The notes beneath the pieces were generated by a model, which did no database searches, was not told where the DNA came from, and saw only the letters and a list, made by a program, of their open reading frames with translations. A DNA stretch of 64,000 bases from Magallana gigas (Eukaryota): contig NC_088859.1 of assembly GCF_963853765.1 (NCBI RefSeq), positions 47,740,001 through 47,804,000 on the forward strand. Reading direction: 5' to 3'. Shown piece after piece: positions 47,008 to 58,578 of the stretch. A program made the translations under genes and the position numbers. How positions within the stretch are numbered: the first letter of the stretch is position 1; each line of letters opens with the position of its first letter.

Positions 47008-47823
47008 GAGTTCAATTTTGCTTGGGTCCATACACTTTCTCATAACTATTTTGATTACTGATACCTAGTTTGATGAATAATTTTTTGGTTTTTTTTACAC
47101 GATATGATTCATATTGGGTTTTCACGAAATTGCTGTGAAAGAATTCATATTATAAAAAATATGCGTAATTCAAATACATATAGGAAACTACTTGCCACGC
47201 AAAATAACATATCATTGATTTTAAAATAAATAATAATCGATAAAATCAACTTCCGTCAGTACTTCATGACTTTGATTAATATAAACATTTTCAATGATTC
47301 TCTACCAAATAATAAATTTCCCAAATTTATGAATATCGATGTATCAAATATTTATAAATTTGTTAGGAACCAAGTATTTTGATGGTATGCTCGATATCAG
47401 GTGTGAATGGTGCTTTGATAAGAATTATAGTCTGCTCTCTACCCATGATTTACCTGTATTTTCCAATGAGTTTATAAAGAATTTAGCGGATATGATATAA
47501 TTCAAACATTGTACGTGTAGGTGTAAGTTAAGGAATATGAATATTCGACGGTTAATGAACGTACATTAAATGCAACTGTGAACATGTAGGTGTTAAAGAC
47601 CAATCATTGGTAATTTTTTTGACAAAATTTGTACATATCAATAAATTCAATAAATGTATTTTCTCAAATGTTAATTTAATTAGTTACATTTGCAAAGTAA
47701 TTTGTAATTTGATTAATAACATGTGGAAATCCGTGTACTGGTAATTTAATTAAATACTTTTGAATGTAAATGACCCCATCCCTGAATTAAACTTATATTT
47801 TAGAAAGTGTTCTTCATATTTAC

Positions 47824-48467
47824 CAAATTCCCCGTATGAAAAAGAGCAGCAAGTCCTTCGATGTAGATATTTCCATCCTCCCTACTGAATTCTGGAAGAA
47901 AATCGTCCACATCTTCTCCTAACAATAAACTGTCATCCAAGTCTACATTTTCTAGACCAAATATACATTGTGCTGTTTTTACAAATACTTCAACATCTGG
48001 GTCATTTCTTTCTAACATTCGTTTACTTTTTGATTGTATTATATCCATTACACGCCGAATTCGTGGAATCCAAACGTCAAGTGCTTGGATTGCATTTAAA
48101 TAAATAAAACAATTAAACATAATTCCGAGTTGAATCAAATGTTGGAACACTGGGAGAGATTTCTTGGTTTCTGCAATGGCAGTATATAGCTGGACCGTGC
48201 CGGTCTCATACAAATTGAACAGGTCTTTCCTTGAAAACCGTCTGTGATCAATAAATAAAACCATCTCTGTTGTTTCTTGAATACAAAGATTTCTAACATG
48301 TCTATTTTTACAGGAAAAAAGAGTTAAAACTTCAGTAATCTTATTGTCTAATTTAAGACTTGGAAGCAGTTGAACAGTTATGAACTTCTTCAAATCCAGC
48401 TGATCACCCATCGGAAAAGAGTCAATTTCCTCGCTAATCTTTGCAACAGACATACCTCCATAGTTAC
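47824..48467 (-). CDS. Tandem-pseudokinase gene exon: helical N-terminal region, domain unassigned
   Basis: 644-nt open frame; TTTCACAG| and |GTAAAT; phase 1-0 consistent with its neighbours. Confidence 0.78.
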
Positions 48468-49508
48468 CTGTGAAATATCGATACATTATTAATACACAAA
48501 ATTAGAATTTTTTTTGAACGTCAACAACTTTACGCATGTAAAAAGTTTCTTGAACATTTAACAAAGAAACGTTTACATTTCAGTTTCGAACATATCAATT
48601 CCTGAAAAAAATAAAAAAGTGATATATTAAATGCCGTTTCATATACAACTAAAATTAATTATTTTTCTACTTCTTCATTTTACGTCAATCAACCGCCTCA
48701 ACATACGTAATGTTTAACCATGACGTCACATGGCGTAAGAACACACAGTGGAATATCAAAAATTTATTCCATGAGTGATATCCACCGTATATTGAGATAA
48801 ACATGTGAAATCAAGCCAATTCTCTCTTCAACGATTGCAGTAGAGAAACTTTTACCTCACTACATAACAATTATGTCTGGTACTTGGTCAAACCATTTAA
48901 ACAATATAAGATTCTACGAGAAAAAAATTTAAATCTTAACTAAAAGTGTTCTTGGCTATTCTGATAATTTCTCATATGCATCTATGGTACTCTAAATTTA
49001 TATTAAACACAGATCGCTATCATCAGCACAGCTCCGATGGACACAGATTGCCGTTATAAAATTCTTTATAATTTTTTGGGGGTTTCAAAATTATTGTAGG
49101 GATGAGCGCAGTCTCTGTATCTTAATATGTGCATAAAACTAATTAAAGTATGTTTGTTTCCTATTANNNNNNNNNNNNNNNNNNNNNNNNNNNNNNNNNN
49201 NNNNNNNNNNNNNNNNNNNNNNNNNNNNNNNNNNNNNNNNNNNNNNNNNNNNNNNNNNNNNNNNNNNNNNNNNNNNNNNNNNNNNNNNNNNNNNNNNNNN
49301 NNNNNNNNNNACAAAATAAAGATAATGAACCAAAAATGCATGATTTAGTTTGATAATCGGTTTAAGGTTTGTATTTTTTTTTTCAATTTTCATTATTTCT
49401 AACTCTAGATCTGCTAGATACATGTTAAAGATGAAAAGACTCTCAACTGCCTTTGTTATATCGGGCAGGATATTACTGCTTTGTTTGTCTAGACATAGTT
49501 TTGTTCGT

Positions 49509-49729
49509 TTGTGTATATCTAATTAGAGTCTATTGTTTGTCCAACTTAAGAAAACCCCTGGAACTAACACAGAATATACAAGATATACACAACAGTTGTG
49601 TCGTGTGCCCAGGTGCATGTTTGTGTATATCTAATTAAAGTCTATTGTTTGTCCAACTTAAGAAAACCTCTGGAACTAACACAGAATATACAAGATATAC
49701 ACAACATGTGTGTCGTGTGCCCAGGTGCA
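49509..49729 (+). repeat. Two-copy tandem duplication, 112-bp period
   Basis: TTGTGTATATCTAATT...CCCAGGTGCA occurs twice. Confidence 0.9.
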
Positions 49730-50766
49730 CGTCAGGGTTTCTTAAGGCGTTGAATCTTAGTATGTACGAGTATACGATAAGTCTAGTGAATAAAAGTTAA
49801 TTTACATTTGTAATTCATTTTCAAATATTATTTCCTAGCTCTGGGTTTCAAATATGTTACGTCTACAAATTAACGATACATGTATGTAAGAGTAAAATCT
49901 TGAGGCTAATTAATTAATGTACCGGTGATCATAAATAGGGGTTGATTATTTAAATATATGTATAAGGGTAAATATGTCAAATATACCCGGCCTGGCACAT
50001 CATACAATTGTATGTACAAGTCATTTGCAATTGCCACATGCAGTAAATACGTCACCGGTAATTGGTAATTTTGTTTGTTATAGAATTGATAGTTTAAAAA
50101 TCATGTACATACAATTACATGTAAATATTTAAACATATTGGAACGGCGCCGCGATCATGAAAACCGGGAAATTGCGGGAAATTGAACAAATACCCTATTA
50201 GTATCAATGCATTTAATAAAAGAAATGATTTCATTTTCTTTCTTACATTTTTATAGCTATAAATTAGATGAACGTATATCTACTCGGTTTAAATTTATTA
50301 ACTAAGAAAGCCTACTATAGTGAACCTAACGGTTTCCATTTAGGTATAATATATTTTTGTTCACTGAAGACCAAGTTCCGTATTTCATTCTAAATACATG
50401 CATGCATGTAATTTATAAATTAGATATAATTGATTGTTACAAACTGAATGGTTTGTCAAATCTTTTCAAGTAATTACATTCAATACAGTGATTCAATATC
50501 CACTGATATATAGGATATAAAAACACTCATATATATGTAAGTTGCCGTGGCGCAGAGGAAGTGTGGTGAAGCAGCGGTTTGCTAATGGACAGGTGAGCAA
50601 GGTGTATTTTGACTGTTCGAATACAACCAACAGCGTCTATTGTTTATAGTGAACCAATTAACTTTGTCTTCCACGAGAAGACTCTATGTATATACATTTG
50701 TTTGTTTTGCTTATTTTGTATATATTGTGCTGAAAAAAGACAGTGTAAATAGTAAATCAAGTGTGA

Positions 50767-51873
50767 ATGGCTGCCACGTCAGGTGGTCGCCATTTTGGCG
50801 GATCAAAGAATTTGTTTGCCGGCAGAAAATACTGTCGAGAAAACACTCTATTCGTAAATGTCAAGGACAATTCCTTTGTCAAAGCTGAGAAAATCATCAC
50901 ATTTATTCACGAGACCTGTGGAATTGGTAGTTTATTAGCATGTGTACCGAAATCTGGGAATCTGTACGAAATAACATTAGACGGAAAAGCCCCCATACAG
51001 TACCTCCTTGAAGGGATAAAAATAGGTGACAACACTTTCGAGTGTAATGAAGTTGTACCAAGCTCGTTAGTGGTTAGTTTTATGCACCTCCCTGCATACA
51101 TCGATGACAATGAAATCGAAGCAACGTTAAAATCAATGGGTGTTGAACTATTGTCACCAATCAACAGAAGGTTTTATCCAGGTACTACGATAGCCGACGG
51201 CACACGATATGCAAAAGTCAGACTACCAGAACATATGACCTCGTTTCCTTACACATTAAAGTTTCAAAAAGATTACTATCGATGTATTCACAACGGACAA
51301 TTAAAAGTGTGTTCGCTGTGTTATTCTAGTGAACACCTTTTTAGGGCATGTCCAGAATTCCGATGCTTTAAGTGCAAAGAACAAGGACACTATGCAAGGG
51401 CATGTAAATCTACCAGATGTAAACAGTGTGAGGAATGGGAACACAGATGTTCGTGCAGGGTGAGTGAACACGGAGACGAAGGCGAAATCGATGAATGGGA
51501 CCATGAGGTGAATAACGAGGATGACATGGATGTACACAGTGTCGGTGACGAGGAGGCACCAGAAGGGGACCAGGAAACCGGTGATCAAGAGATCGGTGAC
51601 CAAGAAAAATCGCACACAGAAGAACAAAATATAGAAGAAAAAGACGCGGAGGAGACCGAAACTAGTGATCAAAACGGAAAAAGTGATAATGATAAAACGA
51701 ACGAAACAAAATCCGAGAAAATACCACCTGATGTTATAGATTCCGAAATACGCGAAAGTGAAAAAGAATCATCAACCGTGGAATCAGACCTCGACACGGA
51801 AGTTACCGTTAAAAACACAAAGAAGAGAAAAGGTAAAGAGAAAAACAAAGGAAAAGCAAAGAAGAACAAATAA
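50767..51873 (+). CDS. Tx1 ORF1 (gag-like, CCHC zinc knuckles, acidic and Lys-rich tail)
   Basis: CSLCYSSEHLFRAC and CFKCKEQGHYARAC; ADGTR motif; same layout as Tx1/L1 ORF1. Confidence 0.93.
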   Translation: MAATSGGRHFGGSKNLFAGRKYCRENTLFVNVKDNSFVKAEKIITFIHETCGIGSLLACVPKSGNLYEITLDGKAPIQYLLEGIKIGDNTFECNEVVPSSLVVSFMHLPAYIDDNEIEATLKSMGVELLSPINRRFYPGTTIADGTRYAKVRLPEHMTSFPYTLKFQKDYYRCIHNGQLKVCSLCYSSEHLFRACPEFRCFKCKEQGHYARACKSTRCKQCEEWEHRCSCRVSEHGDEGEIDEWDHEVNNEDDMDVHSVGDEEAPEGDQETGDQEIGDQEKSHTEEQNIEEKDAEETETSDQNGKSDNDKTNETKSEKIPPDVIDSEIRESEKESSTVESDLDTEVTVKNTKKRKGKEKNKGKAKKNK

Positions 51874-51874
51874 A

Positions 51875-54800
51875 ATGAAAGGAATACTAAGTACTTACTT
51901 TATTTTCACAATGGTTTTTATAACCTCGTGGAATTGTAACGGTTTGTGCAATGTTGATAAAATGAAAATGGTATTTAATTTATTTGAAGATAGAAACTAT
52001 GACATTGTAGCTTTACAGGAAACCCACTGGAAAGACAATTTTATTGAAAATTATAAACATATATGGAACGGTGATATATATTATGATAGCACAAACGTGT
52101 CATCTAAAGGTGTAGCATTTTTAGTGAAGAATAGTATCAAAACAAAAGTTGAAAATATAAATGGGTTTGATGGTAGATATGTACATATAACATACAAAGA
52201 AAATGACACCAAATATGACATTATAAATGTATATGCACCAAATGATGTAAAAGAAAGAGCATTGTTTTTTAAAAATATTATTGAAATAATGCCACGTTCT
52301 ACAAGTTTAATTATTATGGGAGATTTTAACAATACTCTCGCAGACATAGATAGAAATGGAAAAACTGTACATAAGTATGATCATAGTTACAAAGCGTTGA
52401 TAGATATGATGACTGAACATAATTTGGTTGATGTTTGGAGACAAAGAAATGAAAAGAAAAAAGTTTTTTCAAGAAAAGTTGTAAGAGGAGATATGATTGT
52501 ACAAAGTAGAATTGATTTTTTCTTGATCACAAGAATTTTATGTGCCTATGTTAGAAATATTTTTTATGTAGAAACAACAATGAGTGATCACTCTATGGTT
52601 GTTATGAATTTTAATACAGATGTGTCTGAAAGAGGTCCAGGTGTTTGGATACATAACAATTTACTTTTACATGATGAATATTACGTAAACAAAGTTCAAG
52701 AACTCATTGAAAATGAAAAACAATGTATATTATTTGAGCAATCAATTTTGGTGTGGTGGGATAATTTAAAGTACAAAATCAAAAAATTTTCAAGAAATTA
52801 TAGTCAGAATAGGGCAAGAGAAAGAAATAAAGAATATTATAGAATTCAAAACAGTTTACAAAGATTGTCAGAAAGAATAGCTGATGGTGAAAGTATAAAC
52901 ATTGAAAATTTTGAAAAGCTTAAAACAGATCTTAGTGAATTTGAAAATGAAAAATGTAGAGGAGCTATACTAAGATCTAAAGCACAATGGGCTAATGAAT
53001 CGGATAAGTGTACGAAATATTTTTTGAATTTAGAAAAGAGTAGAAAAGAGTCGAATACTATAAAAGAGTTGGTGGATGAGAATGGTGGAGTTACAGAAAA
53101 TGCAGATTCTATATTAAATCTGCAGTATGACTTTTATTCTAAATTATATTCATGTGTAACAATTGATTATGATAGTAAAAACCGGTTGTTATCATTGATT
53201 AATACAAAGATTGATGACAATGATGCCGCATCATGTGATAAATGTATAGATGTTAATGAAATACAACAAGCTGTGAAAGAAATGGCCAGCAATAAAAGTC
53301 CTGGTCCTGATGGGCTGACTGTTGAATTTTATAGAAAATTTTTACCCCATTTAAAAAACATATTGTACAGACTATTTTTAGAAATTGAAAATCAAGAAAC
53401 ATTGTCACATTCTATGAAGATGGGTGTCATTACATTATTATACAAGAAAAAAGGTGATAAGAGATTGTTAAAAAACTGGCGACCAATTAGTCTTTTAAAT
53501 GTTGATTATAAAATAATAGCAAGAATAATGTCAAATAGACTCAAACATGTGTTACCTAATGTAATTTCTAATGATCAAACATGTTGTATTGTTGGAAAAG
53601 ATATAGCTGATACTTTAGTAAGTATTAGAGATATAATAGAAATGGTTGAAATGGATCAAGTGGAAGGTTATATTGTAAAAATTGATCAAGAGAAAGCGTT
53701 TGATAGAGTAAGTCATGAATATTTACTAGATGTGTTACAAGCATATGGTTTTGGAGATTATTTTAGAAAATGGGTAAAAATATTTTATACAGATATTTAT
53801 AGCAGTGTAAAAAGCAATGGACATTTAACAAAATATTTTCCAATTAGAAACTCTGTTAGACAAGGTTGTCCAATATCTGCATTGTTGTATGTGTTATGTT
53901 CAGAACCTTTAAGTTGTGCAATTAAATGTAACCAATTTATTAAAGGAATAGATATTCCTATGTGTGATAAAACTGCATTAGTTTTTCAGCATGCAGATGA
54001 TACAACGATAACAGTGTCTGATAAAAAATCTATTTTTCAAATATTGAATGTTTTTGAATTATATGGAAAAGCATCTGGTGCCAAAATTAATGTACAAAAA
54101 TCTGAAATTATGTGTATTGGAACAGGGCAATTGTTATCAAATGATAAACAACTTATCAATATTACAGAAACAAATGTCATGAAAATTCTTGGAGTTTATT
54201 TTGGTAAAAACTTTTTAGAATGTGAAAATTTGAATTGGAGAAGCAAAGTTCAAAATATCAAACAAGTTCTTAATTTGTGGAGACAAAGATTGTTAACAAT
54301 ACATGGAAGAGTTAGTGTTATAAATACATTATTTATGTCTAAACTATGGTATTCATTGTCTGTAATTTGTATTCCATTTTGGGCTAGAACTACAATTCAG
54401 AAAGAATGTATTAATTTTTTATGGAATTATGGTACACACTTAGTGTCATATAAGACAATTGTCGGAGAAAAAGAAAATGGTGGTTTAAAAATGGATGATA
54501 TCTATTTGAAAATGCTTTCTTTTCGACTAAAATTTTTAGCAAAATATTTTTGCACAAGAAAAGAGTTTGTATGGAAATACACTTTTAGTTATTTTTTATC
54601 AAGAATTTGTGATTTGAAAGGAGGGGTTGAAATGTTTCTTCTACAGTTGAACAAAAAAGATTTACAATGTTTACCTTGTTTTTATAAAGAAATGTTTAGT
54701 GCTTGGTATGCTGTGAAGGACAATATTGAATACAATGAACGTTTAAATGATGTGTTTAATTACTGTTTGTTTTTTAATCCAAAAATTGTCAATCAAAACA

Positions 54801-55774
54801 AGACATTGTTATGGAAACATTTTATAAAAGCGGGGATCACACATATCAGAGACATTTCTTATGAAGTGATACCTGGATTTTTACCTGCATCTTTTATTGT
54901 AGAAATGATACATGAATGTGATTCTGAAGTTAATGCAAAACATATCAAAGAAGATTATAAAACATTATTATCTATTATTCCAGAAGAATGGAAAAGTGTT
55001 GTTCAAAACAATGATTATAGGAAAGAAGTATGGTTACCTACTTTTTTACTTTGTGTTGAAAATACTAATTATGTTTTTTCTTCATGCACTGTAAAAGTCT
55101 TTTATAGATTGTTGATTCAAAAATTGTTTAATCCTCCAAAGTCAAATGAATATTGGTTAGAAAAACTTAGAACAAACGATACAAAGATGCTTGATAATAG
55201 ATGGATTGTACTTAAAGAAAGTGGAAAGCCTCCTGATGTTGTGGAGCTTGATTTTAAAGTTTTTCATAATGCAATTTTTACGTATGAGAAATTGTACAAA
55301 ATTGGTAAATCAGATTCCAACAGATGTCCACTGTGTTTATCAGAAAGTGAAGATTTACTTCACATGTTTGTAAAATGCAAAGAAATACAAGATTTTAAAA
55401 GTAATTTTATGATATTCCATTTAGAGTCATTATTGAAAGATTGTGAAAATAGTGTATACAATGTCTTAGATATCGATGAGATATTCATCACTGCTTTTCC
55501 AAATGTTATGAAAAATGTTAACACTTTTTTTGTTAATTTTTTTCTGTCCATATGTAGATTCACAATTTATAGAAGGAGACAGCTTATGATGTTGCAAAAT
55601 AACAAAACTGTGCATTTGACAAGTTTCTGCAAATATTTGCTAAGACATTATATCTATTACAACTATTATTATATGTGTATTGTGAACAACAACAGAAAAG
55701 TATTTTTTAAAAAGTTTTTGAAAAACAATCCACTGCTGAAAGAAACAGAAGGAGTATTATTGTTCATTTTTTAA
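51875..55774 (+). CDS. Tx1 ORF2 (APE + RT + C-terminal zinc finger), 1299 aa from the first ATG
   Basis: SWNCNGL, LQETH, NVYAP, GDFN, SRIDFF, SDH; KSPGPDG, NWRPISLLNVDYKI, DQEKAFDRV, VRQGCPIS, HADD; CPLC..EDLLHMFVKC. TAA-A-ATG junction with ORF1. Confidence 0.97.
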   Translation: MKGILSTYFIFTMVFITSWNCNGLCNVDKMKMVFNLFEDRNYDIVALQETHWKDNFIENYKHIWNGDIYYDSTNVSSKGVAFLVKNSIKTKVENINGFDGRYVHITYKENDTKYDIINVYAPNDVKERALFFKNIIEIMPRSTSLIIMGDFNNTLADIDRNGKTVHKYDHSYKALIDMMTEHNLVDVWRQRNEKKKVFSRKVVRGDMIVQSRIDFFLITRILCAYVRNIFYVETTMSDHSMVVMNFNTDVSERGPGVWIHNNLLLHDEYYVNKVQELIENEKQCILFEQSILVWWDNLKYKIKKFSRNYSQNRARERNKEYYRIQNSLQRLSERIADGESINIENFEKLKTDLSEFENEKCRGAILRSKAQWANESDKCTKYFLNLEKSRKESNTIKELVDENGGVTENADSILNLQYDFYSKLYSCVTIDYDSKNRLLSLINTKIDDNDAASCDKCIDVNEIQQAVKEMASNKSPGPDGLTVEFYRKFLPHLKNILYRLFLEIENQETLSHSMKMGVITLLYKKKGDKRLLKNWRPISLLNVDYKIIARIMSNRLKHVLPNVISNDQTCCIVGKDIADTLVSIRDIIEMVEMDQVEGYIVKIDQEKAFDRVSHEYLLDVLQAYGFGDYFRKWVKIFYTDIYSSVKSNGHLTKYFPIRNSVRQGCPISALLYVLCSEPLSCAIKCNQFIKGIDIPMCDKTALVFQHADDTTITVSDKKSIFQILNVFELYGKASGAKINVQKSEIMCIGTGQLLSNDKQLINITETNVMKILGVYFGKNFLECENLNWRSKVQNIKQVLNLWRQRLLTIHGRVSVINTLFMSKLWYSLSVICIPFWARTTIQKECINFLWNYGTHLVSYKTIVGEKENGGLKMDDIYLKMLSFRLKFLAKYFCTRKEFVWKYTFSYFLSRICDLKGGVEMFLLQLNKKDLQCLPCFYKEMFSAWYAVKDNIEYNERLNDVFNYCLFFNPKIVNQNKTLLWKHFIKAGITHIRDISYEVIPGFLPASFIVEMIHECDSEVNAKHIKEDYKTLLSIIPEEWKSVVQNNDYRKEVWLPTFLLCVENTNYVFSSCTVKVFYRLLIQKLFNPPKSNEYWLEKLRTNDTKMLDNRWIVLKESGKPPDVVELDFKVFHNAIFTYEKLYKIGKSDSNRCPLCLSESEDLLHMFVKCKEIQDFKSNFMIFHLESLLKDCENSVYNVLDIDEIFITAFPNVMKNVNTFFVNFFLSICRFTIYRRRQLMMLQNNKTVHLTSFCKYLLRHYIYYNYYYMCIVNNNRKVFFKKFLKNNPLLKETEGVLLFIF

Positions 55775-56091
55775 CGAGTTTTTATTGTAAACTGTCAAAC
55801 TATATATAATGCTGTGATAATAATGATGATTGTTGATGTGTAATTTGTATGATTGATCAATAAAAGATAAAAAAAAAAAAAGTGTGGTGAAGCAAAGATA
55901 AAAAAAAAAAAGTGTGGTGATGCTAGTAAACTAAGGGTCCCGGGTTCAATTCTCGCCGTGGCAGGTTTTTTTTTGTGTTTTTTTTTTCATTTTTCTTTCT
56001 AGAACAAAAACCGTTTTAATACCTTTTCTTTCATAAAGTTAATACATTTTGTTGGAAATTAAGCACAATATTGAATTAAATTTTTTTTAAT

Positions 56092-56336
56092 GGCTTAAAG
56101 GTGGCTTAAAGGTAGCTTAAAGGTGGCTTAAAGAAGTTTGGACATTAAGGACCTATAAGTTGTCCTTAAAGGTGGCTTAAAGGTGGCTTAAAGATAGTCT
56201 TTAAGCTGCCTTTAAGCCATCTTTACGCTTTCTTTAAGCCACCTTTAAGCAACACAAATAGCTTAAAGGTGGCTTAAAGATCGTCTTTAAGCTACCTTTA
56301 AACACCTTTAAGCTATCTTTAAGGAGGACTTAAAGA
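56092..56336. repeat. Bidirectional array of 11-bp TTAAAGGTGGC units
   Basis: Units occur as GCTTAAAGGTG and as the reverse complement CACCTTTAAGC. Confidence 0.85.
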
Positions 56337-56896
56337 TGGTCATTCATCCTGTGATTTATTTAAAAATGCAATTTTCCCATAGACTTCAATGTTAACTTCA
56401 AGATGGGATAAATTTGTTAATATTCAATATTTTTGTTAAAATTTTAAAGATGAATCTTTATCGTTAAATAAACTCCTTAAAACCACACTAAGGTTTTAGC
56501 AATCAAAACTGCAATCTATTAGATATTAAACATGATAGTGATGGATGCATTACCTTAACATAATGTTCCGAATTCGAAATATGTATATGTCTTTTACTAT
56601 TTAGAGCCGCGACGCCTCGTATGTCCTGTGCATGACCCTGTGCATACATGTTTACTTTTATTATCTTTATCAAATTCTATTGACAATGCTGTTATTTTAA
56701 ACCACGTGATGCAAATAAAGTTCAAGTCGGTATGCTATAAATTCCGTAAAAATAACACGCAATCACGAGCTTCATTCTAACTTTTAGTACATGCATAATT
56801 TTATCCTTTTATTGAACTAGACTTAAAATAAGAAATAATAAAGATGAGAAAATTTAGCTATAATATCGTTTTAATTGGTCGAATCCATACCCATAC

Positions 56897-57232
56897 CTTG
56901 AGGAGAGAAGAAAGACCTGCTGATCATAGGATTGTGGTTTTCTTTTTTGTAAGGAAAAAATTCAAGAGCATCCATGAATGTATCTTCTAAACACAGGTCA
57001 TTTTTGAGTTTATTATGAATAGTTACACCAGTTGTGTACCCATACTCATCTTCATCAAGATTTTCCATTCGTCTACTAGAATATGCGTGTTGTATTGGAA
57101 GATCGTTAATAGAATCTTTGCTGAAAACCGCCCTGGTGGCTACGTAAATCGGGTGTTCCGTAGGAATAACTGTTTCCGGTATATCCGGTATTTCTGAGTA
57201 GATGTGATTTTCGTCACTAAAGGGAGTACCAT
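56897..57232 (-). CDS. Tandem-pseudokinase gene, 5' exon with Tyr motifs (HIYSEIP, DEYGY)
   Basis: TTGTACAG| and CAAG|GTATGG; 336 nt, phase 1-1, open throughout (the ORF track shows only its 3' part). Confidence 0.72.
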
Positions 57233-58578
57233 CTGTACAACAGGTTTAGTATAAAGTTAGTAAGTTCTGGAAATAATAATTTTTTTAAAAATATTTTCAT
57301 GTTATAAAAGAAATATGCTATTGATAGATAATATAGTGTCATGAGTCAGGCTTTTAAGTCTGTTACCTGATACTTATTTCATTTTTGAATAGTTCATATA
57401 AATTTCACGTAATTTGTTTTTTCTTACGTTAATTTCACTTAAGTGCTCTTTTTATTTGGAAATTTTCGAAAAATAAACAATTAAGTTACGTGAGGCATTA
57501 TTGCTTGTGCAACAACTACTTGCTTATTATGTTTTTGAGTTTTTGTTTTTAGAGAATAAATATCCAGACAAGATATTAGGTGTATCATTTTCTTTTTTAT
57601 TCTTTGGTGTCTCTTTCAAAACGTTTTTCACAATTGATTCCAGACGAGTTTTAACGGCTTGTTAGTTGTTAGGAAATTAATTAAAATGCGTGAAGCATGC
57701 CTTGAATTTAATGTTTTTCTTTTATATCTTAATATTTCCGTTGTCATAGGAAATGGCGGAAAGAAAAACTTTTCTGAGGCACAGGTCAACTTTTAGATAA
57801 AAAAAGAAGTATTTAAATTGTTTTCAGTGGTCAAAATTTACATTTTTCAGTACATGTACCTTTGTCTGTCATAACGCAAATAATCAAATATGAAACATAA
57901 TGTTTAAATCATTTCATTTATGACGCACATAACGTATTGTTGGGATGCAAGCGGGGTTTGCTTAATTATACGAAATGAAAATAACGTAAAAATGTACATA
58001 ATTTTATATTTAATCGCACAATATTTCAAAAGTATTTAAAGCAATATGAGCTGCAATTTTCACGTTGAAATTTTGTTTTACGAAAAGGTTCTAAAATGAA
58101 AAAAAATCATGGTTTTAAATATCTGTAAGCTGTATTTTTGTGAGAAAAGCCATTAAGAAGCCTTTATTGGAGCAAAACTGAATTATTGTTGTCCTGTACA
58201 AAAATTGCTTCAAAAATTCCTTATAAGAGAAATCTTTCTTCTGACAAAAATAAATGAATTTTTCAAACTTTTCTCACCATAAAAGTTTAAGTTACATGCA
58301 GACTTATCAAACTAGCAGGTTTCTGCAGCAAAATATTTTTTTTGAAAATACAGCTCATATTGCTTCAGTAAATATCATTTATATCATCAATGTCCTAATG
58401 CTCAAATCTCACCCATTTTGCAGCAATATTTATCCAAGTTCTTTATATGTCCCGTTCTGTTCCTATGGCTCTAGAAATACCAGGTTTATTATTATAAGAA
58501 AAGATGTGGAAATATAGTCCTTATTGGCTGTTCTATAACTTCTCATTTGTCAAAAGCACGTATGATTTTACACTATAC

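Larger units (their letters stand above)
50570..55880 (+). mobile_element. Full-length intact Tx1/L1-group non-LTR retrotransposon with TSD and poly(A)
   Basis: ORF1 + ORF2 intact; AATAAAAGAT(A)n tail; AAGTGTGGTGA on both sides (50559-50569; 55880-55890, again at 55910-55920). Confidence 0.95.
50543..55963 (+). other. tRNA-like sequence (SINE head or tRNA pseudogene) split by the Tx1 insertion: halves 50543-50569 and 55921-55963
   Basis: The empty site has A-box TGGCGCAGAGG, B-box GGTTCAATTC, a 7-bp acceptor stem GCCGTGG/CCGTGGC with two G-U pairs, and a T-run downstream. Confidence 0.65.

Noticed and set aside
48539-48601. Candidate small exon upstream of 48467
   Set aside because: No donor gives a stop-free, phase-compatible join to the next acceptor.
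34995-49423. ORFs containing X runs or (YI)n
   Set aside because: Artefacts of N gaps (35049-35177, 35220-35355, 41508-41650, 49167-49310) and the (TA)n repeat.
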